Source of the DNA: a virus
Lineage: Duplodnaviria; Caudoviricetes
DNA: 41,881 nt
Reading direction: 5' to 3' (one strand)
Virus record (IMG/VR): IMGVR_UViG_3300031519_000061
Location: 1-41,881 of that record
Each line of letters opens with the position of its first letter. Within the stretch, counting starts at the first letter, position 1. A program made the translations under genes and the position numbers. This document shows, piece by piece, positions 8,602 to 17,600 of this stretch. The notes below the pieces were generated by a model. It did not search any database. It saw only the letters and a program-made list of their open reading frames with translations, and had not been told where the DNA came from.

Positions 8602-9228
8602 ATGAGAAACAATCTAAGAGAACATTTGACATTTGACCAAGCACAAATGGTCGTTGAGTCTGCTAACGAAGGAAAAGACTTGTACATGAAAGGTATTATG
8701 ATACAAGGCGGAGTACGCAACGCTAATCAGCGTGTGTATCCTGTGAATGAAATTGGCAGGGCTGTCAAAACGCTCGGCGAGCAAATTGCTGGTGGATATA
8801 GTGTTCTTGGCGAAGTTGATCATCCGGAAGGACTTAATATTAACTTGGACCGTGTAAGTCATATGATCGAGCAATGCTGGATGGATGGCCCAAACGGATA
8901 TGGTAAACTAAAGATACTACCAACGCCGATGGGACAACTAGTTAGCACCATGATACAAAGTGGTGTGAAGCTAGGGGTTTCGTCACGTGGCTCTGGTAAT
9001 GTTAGTGAAAGCGGAGATGGCCAAGTCTCTGATTTTGAAATTATCACTGTGGACGTTGTGGCTCAGCCCAGCGCCCCCGGTGCTTACCCGACACCAATCT
9101 ACGAGCATTTAATGAATGCACGTGGAGGTATGCAGGCTTACGAACTGGCACAGGCAACTAAAGAAGACCCTAAGGCACAAAAGTACTTAAAAGAATCGCT
9201 GATTAATATAATCAGTCGACTCCAATAA
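8602..9228 (+). CDS. gp21: Prohead core protease
   Basis: Motifs RNANQRVYP, LGEVDHP, RVSH, TPMG, LGVSSRGSG, DVVAQPSAPGA. Confidence 0.96.
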   Translation: MRNNLREHLTFDQAQMVVESANEGKDLYMKGIMIQGGVRNANQRVYPVNEIGRAVKTLGEQIAGGYSVLGEVDHPEGLNINLDRVSHMIEQCWMDGPNGYGKLKILPTPMGQLVSTMIQSGVKLGVSSRGSGNVSESGDGQVSDFEIITVDVVAQPSAPGAYPTPIYEHLMNARGGMQAYELAQATKEDPKAQKYLKESLINIISRLQ

Positions 9229-9240
9229 AAGGAGAATAAT

Positions 9241-10341
9241 ATGTTGGATGCACTAAAAACACTTTTTGAAAATGATGTAGTTTCCGAAGACGTGCGCCAC
9301 GAAATCGAAGAAGCATGGGACAGTAAGATTAAAGAAAATCGTCAATCTGTTACAGCTGAACTTCGTGAAGAGTTTGCTCAAAAGTATGAGCATGACAAAT
9401 CCACTATGGTAGAAGCTATTGATTCTATGATTAGTGAACGTCTTGCTACAGAAATTGAAGAGTTTGCAGACGATCGTAAACAATTAGCCGAGGCAAAGGC
9501 AAAGTATGCAGTAGCAATGCGTGAAAACGCAGGACTAATGAAACGCTTTGTAACTGAGTCACTGGCTAAAGAAGTAAACGAACTTCATGAAGATCAAAAA
9601 GCAATGGCTGGTAAGTTCAGTATGCTTGAAGATTTCGTAGTAGAGTCACTTGCGAAAGAAATATCAGAATTTAATGAAGACAAGAAAGACTTAGCAGAAA
9701 CGAAGGTAAGATTAATTCGTGAAGCTAAAGGACACTTCAGCAAATTGAAAACACAGTTTGTTGAAAGAAGTGCAGCTAAAGTAGCTTCTATAACTGACAA
9801 AATTTTAACTAATGAAATTGGTCAATTAAAAGAAGATATTGAAGCAGCACGTAAAAATGATTTTGGGCGTAAACTGTTTGAAGCATTTGCCAGCGAGTAT
9901 GGTAATAGCTACCTTAATGAAAACTCAGAAACTGCAAAGTTACTGAAAGTTATTAAGATCAAAGACAAGCAGCTAACAGAAGCAAAGAAGACGGTTGTTG
10001 AAAAGCAAACTTTAGCAGAAGCTAAACAAGCTGAGATCAAGCGTATGACTAATGTAGCTCAAAGACAAAATGTCATAAGTGAATTAACGGCTCCTCTAAA
10101 CAGGAACCAAAAAGACATTATGATGGATTTACTGGAAAGTGTTCAAACTGGTAAGCTACGCTCACAGTTTGACAAATACCTACCGGCAGTTATAGACGGT
10201 AATGCTCCAGAAAAGAAGGCGAAATTAACAGAAGGCAAAGAACACACAGGCAATAGAGAAGAAACCAAAAGTCATGACAATGTAAGCGATGATAGCAACT
10301 ATAATGTAGTTGATATTAGACGTCTTGCAGGATTAAATTAA
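9241..10341 (+). CDS. gp22: Prohead scaffolding/core protein
   Basis: Glu/Lys-rich coiled coil between protease and capsid, GRKLFEAF motif, C-terminal IRRLAGL. Confidence 0.88.
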   Translation: MLDALKTLFENDVVSEDVRHEIEEAWDSKIKENRQSVTAELREEFAQKYEHDKSTMVEAIDSMISERLATEIEEFADDRKQLAEAKAKYAVAMRENAGLMKRFVTESLAKEVNELHEDQKAMAGKFSMLEDFVVESLAKEISEFNEDKKDLAETKVRLIREAKGHFSKLKTQFVERSAAKVASITDKILTNEIGQLKEDIEAARKNDFGRKLFEAFASEYGNSYLNENSETAKLLKVIKIKDKQLTEAKKTVVEKQTLAEAKQAEIKRMTNVAQRQNVISELTAPLNRNQKDIMMDLLESVQTGKLRSQFDKYLPAVIDGNAPEKKAKLTEGKEHTGNREETKSHDNVSDDSNYNVVDIRRLAGLN

Positions 10342-10353
10342 GGAGATATCGAT

Positions 10354-11526
10354 ATGTCAGAACTATTAGAAAGTCGCTGGCAGGACACCAAAACTGCACT
10401 TCTTGAAGGCCTTTCAGGCACAAAGAAAAGCGTAATGGCAAGTACACTGGAAAATACACGTAAGTATTTGTCAGAAACAGCCACAGCTGGCGCAACATCC
10501 GCAGGTAACGTAGCAACTCTTAACAGAGTGATTCTACCCGTTATCCGTCGTGTTATGCCTACAGTTATTGCTAACGAAATTGTTGGTGTTCAGCCTATGA
10601 CAGGACCAGTGGGTCAAATCCACACACTACGTGTACGTTATTCGGACACGGCAGGCACAGGCGCTTCAGGCGCTATTGCAGGTGAAGAAGCACTTTCACC
10701 ATTCAAGATTGCTGAAGCATATTCAGGTAACGCTACATCTGCAAAAGCAGATGCTACAGCTGCACTTGAAGGAGCGGTTGGTAACAGACTAAGCATCCAA
10801 ATCTTGAAGCAGACAGTAGAAGCAAAAACCAGAAAGCTATCAGCTCGCTGGACTTTTGAATCTGCACAAGACGCACAGTCAATGCACGGTATCGACGTAG
10901 AAGCAGAAATCATGGCAGCACTTGCTCAAGAGATTACTGCTGAAATCGACCAAGAGATCCTAGGATCACTTGCTACACTAGCAGGAACTGGTACAGATAC
11001 ATTTGACCAGGCTGCTGTTAGCGGTACTGCTACTTTTGTTGGTGACGAACATGCTGCTTTAGCTGTTCTAGTTAACAGAGCAGCAAATAGAATTGCACAG
11101 AGAACACGTAGAGGCGCAGGTAACTGGGCTGTTGTTTCTCCAGCAATCTTAACTGTACTACAGAGTGCAACTACTTCAGCGTTCGCAAGAACAACTGAAG
11201 GTGCTTTTGAAGCTCCAACAAACACTAAGTTTGTAGGCACATTAAATAACGCAATGAAAATTTACGTTAACACATATGCTGCAGACGACGATGTACTAGT
11301 TGGATACAAAGGCTCAAGCGAATCAGATGCAGCGGCATTTTATTGCCCATACATCCCGCTAATGAGCTCAGGCGTAGTGCTTGATCCAACATCATTCGAA
11401 CCAGTCGTATCATTTATGACACGTTACGGATATGTTGAATTATCAAACACAGCATCGTCTCTAGGCAACGCAGCTGACTACTTAGAAAAAGTAGAAGTAA
11501 CAGCGGCAAACCTAAGCTTCAGCTAA
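10354..11526 (+). CDS. gp23: Major capsid protein
   Basis: gp23 motifs GVQPMTGPVGQI, AKTRKLSARWTFE..QD...HGIDVEAE, FYCPYIPL, FMTRYG. Confidence 0.98.
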   Translation: MSELLESRWQDTKTALLEGLSGTKKSVMASTLENTRKYLSETATAGATSAGNVATLNRVILPVIRRVMPTVIANEIVGVQPMTGPVGQIHTLRVRYSDTAGTGASGAIAGEEALSPFKIAEAYSGNATSAKADATAALEGAVGNRLSIQILKQTVEAKTRKLSARWTFESAQDAQSMHGIDVEAEIMAALAQEITAEIDQEILGSLATLAGTGTDTFDQAAVSGTATFVGDEHAALAVLVNRAANRIAQRTRRGAGNWAVVSPAILTVLQSATTSAFARTTEGAFEAPTNTKFVGTLNNAMKIYVNTYAADDDVLVGYKGSSESDAAAFYCPYIPLMSSGVVLDPTSFEPVVSFMTRYGYVELSNTASSLGNAADYLEKVEVTAANLSFS

Positions 11527-11547
11527 GTTTAACTTACTGTGAACTTC

Positions 11548-11576
11548 AAAATAGGCGCTACGGCGCCTATTTTTTT
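11548..11576 (+). terminator. Intrinsic terminator of the head operon
   Basis: AAAATAGGCGC-TACG-GCGCCTATTTT, a perfect stem with a UNCG loop and a T-run. Confidence 0.93.
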
Positions 11577-11596
11577 GACTTTTTTTAATTAAATGG

Positions 11597-11625
11597 TTGA
11601 CAGACGTTCTTATTAGTGCTATTAT
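11597..11625 (+). promoter_or_regulatory. Sigma70-type (early) promoter
   Basis: TTGACA 11597-11602, 17-nt spacer, extended -10 TG-C-TATTAT 11617-11625, AT-rich UP-like tract upstream. Confidence 0.85.
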
Positions 11626-11630
11626 ATATA

Positions 11631-11882
11631 CATAGCTAGGAGATATCCTTTGCTATGATAGTGCAAGGAACAAGCAACTGCAACGTTGCGAACTTGGCTA
11701 ACACCTGTAGTGGGACTGTATGAGCGTAGAGATACGAAGATATGGATTTTGGACTTAACGGTTCGATGTTAGGCGCTCCGACTTATAAATGAGTTGATAA
11801 GGAGTTGTTGGTAATCATTAATCCCAACCTATCACCCATATTTAAACGAAAAGGTCTATTCTTAATTGAGTAGGCCTTTTTT
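11631..11882 (+). ncRNA. Unassigned structured ncRNA of about 250 nt
   Basis: Bounded by a sigma70 promoter and a terminator, no substantial ORF, at least seven hand-paired helices including a GAGA tetraloop and a GUUCGA T-loop-like hairpin. Confidence 0.75.
11849..11882 (+). terminator. Intrinsic terminator of the ncRNA
   Basis: AAAAGGTCTATTC-ttaatt-GAGTAGGCCTTTT followed by TT; its G-U pairs only work on the + strand. Confidence 0.8.
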
Positions 11883-11921
11883 ATTCACCGGGTCACCTAG
11901 TATGATCCTTTTCTCTTATTA

Positions 11922-11929
11922 GATAAATA
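11922..11929 (+). promoter_or_regulatory. Late promoter GATAAATA
   Basis: TAAATA core downstream of the terminator, about 96 nt upstream of ATG 12026. Confidence 0.7.
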
Positions 11930-11937
11930 CTTGTGTC

Positions 11938-12010
11938 AAATAGTGTGCCGCAAGGCGGACTTATGCTGTTACCCGCAGCGTACCGGATAGAACCCGGATA
12001 GGACTACTTT
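11938..12010 (+). promoter_or_regulatory. Structured 5' leader (four-way junction)
   Basis: TAGT 11941-44/ACTA 12003-06 closes GCC-gcaa-GGC, TATGCTG/CAGCGTA and CCGG-atagaac-CCGG; GC-rich island just before AGGAG. Confidence 0.65.
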
Positions 12011-12025
12011 AATAGGAGAAAAAAA

Positions 12026-12409
12026 ATGGGAAGACCAATTAATAAAAAGAACATCGGCCAAGGATCTAGCCGTATATCTGTAACAACTGTAAAGTTTGCT
12101 GCAGGTGGTGAGGTTCTTAATGCATGGATTGTTTCACAGAGATCAACTAACAAGTTTATTGTTAGTGATGGAACTAAAACAGAAACTTGTACGCTTGTAA
12201 ACAAGAATACTGGAGCATTAGCTGCTGGTGAATTTAACATTTACGCAGTGCTAGACGATTCTACTGTAGTACAAGTTACAAAACTTCGTAACAGAACTAT
12301 TCAGTATGAAGGCGGCACAGCTCAAGTACAGAACATTAAATATGTTCGAGGCCCTGGTGATGAAAACGCCGGTGTAGCTGGCGCAGCATCTATAGCTGTA
12401 CAAGACTAA
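12026..12409 (+). CDS. Small virion structural protein (possible head decoration or fibre base)
   Basis: 127 aa, beta-rich, MGRPINKK N-terminus, strong RBS, first late gene after the capsid. Confidence 0.65.
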   Translation: MGRPINKKNIGQGSSRISVTTVKFAAGGEVLNAWIVSQRSTNKFIVSDGTKTETCTLVNKNTGALAAGEFNIYAVLDDSTVVQVTKLRNRTIQYEGGTAQVQNIKYVRGPGDENAGVAGAASIAVQD

Positions 12410-12416
12410 GTGAAAA

Positions 12417-12440
12417 ATTGGGGGGAGAAATCCCCCTAAT
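12417..12440. terminator. Strong hairpin (attenuator/stabiliser on +, or terminator on -)
   Basis: ATTGGGGGGA-GAAA-TCCCCCTAAT; a T-run follows only on the minus strand. Confidence 0.55.
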
Positions 12441-12459
12441 ATATACATAGGATTTATAA

Positions 12460-13488
12460 ATGTCAAAAGTACTAAGCGTTAATAACGGAAATTACACAGT
12501 TAAAGTCGAAGGTGGTGGTCAAATACTCTTTGATACTTCAAGAGGCACTCTTGTCAGTGGAAAGCCTGCTGGAACTGTAGTAATACGAGGCAGTTTGGAA
12601 GTAGAAGGTACTACTACAACTGTTGAAAGTAATGATACTTTAATTAACGATAACATACTGACATTAAACAACGGTCAAACTGGTGCAGGAATTAGTGCAT
12701 CAAAGAATTATCAAGCAGGAATTGAAATTGATCGAGGATCCGAAGCAACAGCTAAATTTGTTTTTGATGATAGTGTTGCTTGGGATATAGGTGGAGACTC
12801 TGGTACTGGAGGATTTAAACTCTTTACAGGATCAGGCGCCAAAACTACACTTGTATTAGATGGAATTAAATCTAATGCCGCACTATATATAGACACTGGT
12901 AATAATGGCATTAGTGTAACAAATGCAACCGACTATGAAACAAACGTATTTCCATATACAGGAAGTGCAGTTACTGGCGGAGCCATTGATGATGACATGA
13001 TTCCTAATGCAAAAGCAGTTGTAGATTATGTTGCGTTTGCTAATGCATCATTATTACAAAATAGAATTGAAGAAGGTACCACAACTAAAACATTTGTACA
13101 ATCAAGAGACTTTGAAGTTACTGGAAATCCAAGTGAAGTTAGTATCGGTATTAATAATGAAACAAGGGCATCATTCTTTTTAGACACTATCCAATTAGGC
13201 GATATTGTATTACAAGGAAGCCAAATAAGTACAATAAACACTAACGAAGATTTAAGATTAGAAGCAGCAGGAACTGGTAGCGTTCAAATAAACGATAAAT
13301 TGCATCTTACATCAACAGCACATGCTAGTGATGCTGCAATTGACCCGTTAAAACCTACAACTGGATCTATATTGTATACAAAAACCGAAGATGCAGGTGG
13401 CACTGGGTTGTTCTTTGTAAATAGTAGCAACACACAGAACGAAATAATAAGCAACAATAGATCATTGCTGTATAGTATGATTTTTTAA
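12460..13488 (+). CDS. Fibre-like virion structural protein
   Basis: GSLEVEGTTTTVES..DNILTLN...AGIEIDRG fibre motif, N-x-D-L-x-L-x-x-x-GTG repeat shared with downstream fibres, C-terminal LLYSMIF. Confidence 0.75.
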   Translation: MSKVLSVNNGNYTVKVEGGGQILFDTSRGTLVSGKPAGTVVIRGSLEVEGTTTTVESNDTLINDNILTLNNGQTGAGISASKNYQAGIEIDRGSEATAKFVFDDSVAWDIGGDSGTGGFKLFTGSGAKTTLVLDGIKSNAALYIDTGNNGISVTNATDYETNVFPYTGSAVTGGAIDDDMIPNAKAVVDYVAFANASLLQNRIEEGTTTKTFVQSRDFEVTGNPSEVSIGINNETRASFFLDTIQLGDIVLQGSQISTINTNEDLRLEAAGTGSVQINDKLHLTSTAHASDAAIDPLKPTTGSILYTKTEDAGGTGLFFVNSSNTQNEIISNNRSLLYSMIF

Positions 13489-13497
13489 GGAAAAACG

Positions 13498-13824
13498 ATG
13501 GCAATAAAGAATGCAAGATTAACAGGATCACAATTAAACGTACTTACAGTACCTAGTGGCAAACGATATGCAATAACAAACATACTAGTTTGTAATAATG
13601 CAGGGAGTGGTGCACAGGTTTTTGATTTACATTTTATTGAAAACTCCGGAGGCTCAATAGGTACGTTATCTAACAATATTACTAGAGTTATAAACAATCT
13701 ATCGTTGCCGTTTGGCGAAACGTTTACGTTTGATAGTGAAAAAGTTATATTAGAAGCAGGTGACACGGTATCATTTGTAGGTCATGCAGACCTAGCAACA
13801 ACAATAAGTTATTTGGAAGTGTAA
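13498..13824 (+). CDS. Small beta-sandwich adaptor protein, paralogue 1
   Basis: 108 aa; TVP...AI..I..N, K.IL..GD and terminal SYLEV align with 22682-23011 and 38184-38507. Confidence 0.75.
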   Translation: MAIKNARLTGSQLNVLTVPSGKRYAITNILVCNNAGSGAQVFDLHFIENSGGSIGTLSNNITRVINNLSLPFGETFTFDSEKVILEAGDTVSFVGHADLATTISYLEV

Positions 13825-14627
13825 TGCGATTAATTAAAGCTCAAAATACAAACTTGAGAAACATTTATGGCAATGGTATCAAATTTGATATTAATGATCA
13901 AGTTATTTTTGATACTACTAACTCTATACTTGTACCTAAGGGCACAACTGCCCAGAGACCTACTTCACCAGTTAACGGACATTTACGCTTTAACACAACT
14001 GATAGCAGATTTGAAATTTACGAAAATAGCAAATGGGACGGTCTAAGAGTTGCAGCACCGTCAACTAACGCAGCCATTACACAACAGAATATAGGAAGTG
14101 GTGATGGCACTGATAAAATCTTTGGGCCACTAGCAAGTGGGGATGCGTTTTATCCTGTGCCTGCAGCAGCACAAAATGTTTTAGTTCTTGTTGAAAACGT
14201 ATTTCAAATTTCAGGAACAAACTATACACTAGTACAAAATCCTGGGGCAGTAAACACTATTACAAGTATTGTTAGCACAGGAGCATCAACTGTTATACAA
14301 ACAGCAACAGCACACGGCTACACTGTTAATGATTTAATTTATGTTACTGAAGTAGAAAGTACAATAGATGACGCAGTTGAAAACTTAAATACAGACGATT
14401 CAAGTTCTCCAGGAAGCCATACTATTCTTAGTATACCATCAACGACAAGAATAGAAATTGCTGTTGATACCGCCGGCGGAAATACTGCTAACTATGTTGG
14501 CAGTAGTGGCGAAATATATAAAGCAGGATCAAGTACAGGGCCGTATTTACCAGGGTGGTACATACAATTTACATCAGCACCTGATTTAGATAAGCCTATA
14601 ACAGTACTACACAACTTCGACAAGTAA
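13824..14627 (+). CDS. Virion structural protein with GTTAQRP fibre motif and FCCH-like insert
   Basis: VPKGTTAQRP..G.LRFNTT..FE.Y..W motif, GDG/FGPL/VLVENVFQ baseplate-type domain, inserted TATAHGY..D beta-barrel; TAATG overlap with the upstream gene. Confidence 0.75.
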   Translation: MRLIKAQNTNLRNIYGNGIKFDINDQVIFDTTNSILVPKGTTAQRPTSPVNGHLRFNTTDSRFEIYENSKWDGLRVAAPSTNAAITQQNIGSGDGTDKIFGPLASGDAFYPVPAAAQNVLVLVENVFQISGTNYTLVQNPGAVNTITSIVSTGASTVIQTATAHGYTVNDLIYVTEVESTIDDAVENLNTDDSSSPGSHTILSIPSTTRIEIAVDTAGGNTANYVGSSGEIYKAGSSTGPYLPGWYIQFTSAPDLDKPITVLHNFDK

Positions 14628-14630
14628 TAC

Positions 14631-14638
14631 AATAAATA
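14631..14638 (+). promoter_or_regulatory. Late promoter AATAAATA
   Basis: TAAATA core in a 30-nt gap ahead of AGGAG and the GTG start. Confidence 0.6.
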
Positions 14639-14657
14639 CTGTGTCAGGAGAATTAAA

Positions 14658-17600
14658 GTGGCGCAAGTAGGTAGAATATCAGGTCCTGTATTACAGGAAA
14701 ATCTTTTAAGAAATGGTTTAGACATTGCATTTCGCAATGACTCAAACACCACACAACTTCTATATCTTGATGTAACTACCGGTAAGGTTGGCATTAATCG
14801 TAATGCTCCTATTACTGAATTAAACATCGAAGGCACTGCACGAAGTACAACCTGGAACACTACTGCACTTACTAGTCTTGTTGGTTATGAGATTAGTGGT
14901 AATAACATTAATGTGCGCTCAGGAAACATAATCTTAAACGCCCCAACGGGAATTAAGTTATCTAATCTTGAAACGGAAGCATTTCAAGCAACTGACAACA
15001 CTATTAGCACACATGTTAGTAATGCAAATATAGATTTCCAAGCCAATGGCACTGGTACAGTTGAATCGATAGCTAACACAAATATATCTGGTAACATTCA
15101 CGCAACTGGTAACATCACTACCAACGGTGATATAATATTTGGTGATCAAAATACTGATAGTATTGTAATAAACGCAGAAGTAAAATCTAGTATTATTCCA
15201 GCAAGTAATAATACATATGCGTTAGGATCACCGTCAAAACGTTGGGACACTATATATAGTACATTAATAAACGGATCTACTTCAGTTGTTGGTAGTTTCG
15301 ATGTAAGTGGAGTTGAACCTGCAACACAGCGTCAAGGTAACATGTTTTGGGTCGCACAGAACGGTGACGACACTAATGTAGGCGATCATCCTAATGGACC
15401 TTTTAAAACACTTAAACATGCACTAGCATTTTCAGATGCAAGTACTGCTGGACCTGTAGTAATACATGTTGCGCCCGGCGGCTACGAAGAAGAATTGCCA
15501 TTGGTTGTACCTCCTAATACTACTATCTTAGGTGCTGATTACAGAAATACAATTATTCGTCCTACTAGTGCTGATCAATCAAAAGATGTCTTTCACTTAA
15601 ATGGCGAGACAACTATATCAAATATTACAATTAAAGATTTTTATTATGACAGCGGAAATAATACAGGGTATGCATTTCGATTTGCTCCTAACGCAGTTGT
15701 ATCAACAAGAAGTCCATACATACAAAATGTTACAGTAATTACACAAGGTACACCTATTACAGTAACAGCAAGTTCTACTTTTTCAGTAAACTCACAAGAA
15801 ACACGTCCAAAAGGTATAACGTTTAATAATGACGGGACAAAAATGTTTATTGTCGGTGAAATAGGAGACGATGTAAACGAGTATACTCTTTCAACAGGAT
15901 TTGACTTATCATCTATAGTTACATTTGTAGATAGTTTTGCAGTGACACAATGTCCAAATCCAACAGCAGTAAAGTTTAATGCTGATGGTACAAAAATGTT
16001 TGTTACTGGGCCAAACAACGATAATGTTCATCAATATGCACTAACAACTGGATTTGATGTTTCGTCTGCTAGTTTTACCCAAACACTTGTTACAACTGTT
16101 GACTCTGATCAATTTGGACTTGATTTTAAACCTGATGGTACTAAGATGTATATCACAGGAAATCAAAATAATAAGATATATGAATACAATTTATCTTCTG
16201 CATTTGATATTTCATCCGCTACATTTAACCAAGATTTAACTTTGACTGCTATAGACACTGAACCATTTGGTATAGAATGGAGTACTGATGGAACTAGATT
16301 GTTTATAGTAGGAACACGTGGAAACGGTGTAGATGAATTTGCAGTTGGTACACCGTATGATATTTCAACACTAACACATATAGGATTTTACAGTATAGGA
16401 GGCAATCCTTCCGGCATACATATTTCACCTGATGGCACTAAAATGTTTATTATAGGAAATCAAAGTGATACGGTAAAATCTTATGATTTGAGTGTATCTT
16501 ATCGTATAAAAGTTCCAACTGATGACCCAAGAGGATTTGCACAAGGTGATGCTGGTCGTGGTGCCTGGATCGATGGCGCGAGCGTAAACAGTGCAAGTGT
16601 TGAAGCTGCTATGTTATTCCATAGTGCTACATTTATTACTCCGGGCGTTGATGCTATCACAATGACTAATGGAGTTAGAGTAGAATGGCTTAACAGTTTT
16701 ACATACTTCGCTAACAGGGGATTATATGCAGTAAACGGATCAACTGGTTATTTAAGTTCAGATGGGTCAACACTAAAACTTGGAGCAGAAATACGTGCTA
16801 TCGGAAGTGCATGTGTATACGGCAATTATGGCGCAGTAGCAGATGGCAGTGATTGTATTATGTATTTAATTTCTCACAACTTTGCTTATATAGGAGCAGG
16901 AAAGTTTGTTGATAACGATCCTAGTAGATCAATACAAGCAAATGAAACAACAGAATCAAACAGTGGTAAGGTTTATCACGTGTCTCAGGACCACGGTGGC
17001 GACTTTAGAATTGGAGATCAGTTTTTTGTTGACTTTGATACAGGAACAACAAGTTTAACACTTAGTGCCGCACAAGTTAATGAAATGCAAAGTTTAAACA
17101 TTACTGATAGTAGCGGTACATCAGTCATTACTCCGACATTAATTGATATTGGAAATTTTAGAATACAAGGTAACAACATTAATACGTTGTTTGGTGATAT
17201 AAATTTAGATGCTGCAACAGAGATTGCATTTAAAAATGATGTTAACTTTAAAAAGAATTTAAGTTTAACCGGCAGTGTTAGTGTAGGTACAGAATTAATA
17301 GTGTTTGGTGACACGTTTGGACAGGATACTGTAGAGTTTAATGCAGACCTTGCTAGTAATGCTGTGCCAGACATTAGCGGATATTATAGTTTAGGTAGAA
17401 GTCCTTATAAATGGAGGAACGGTTATTTTTCAGAAGCTAACGTAGCTGATATTAAATTTGTTGATACTACAGTTACAACTAATATTTCAAATTCAGATCT
17501 AGAACTACAGGCAAACGGTGTTGGAAAGATATATTTGCCAAATGCAGATCTCGAAGTTACAGTTGATGCACAGGTTAGCGGACATACTTTACTTACAAAT

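Noticed and set aside
11750-11780. tRNA gene suggested by GGTTCGA
   Set aside because: No acceptor stem, D-arm or anticodon arm at canonical spacing; treated as a T-loop-like motif within the larger RNA.
11960-12006. Twister-like ribozyme (CCGG...CCCGGATA resemblance)
   Set aside because: The two pseudoknot pairings and conserved core nucleotides of twister could not be found.
15753-16520. Intein in fibre A
   Set aside because: No C/S start, HN end or LAGLIDADG motifs; the insert is a repeat propeller.
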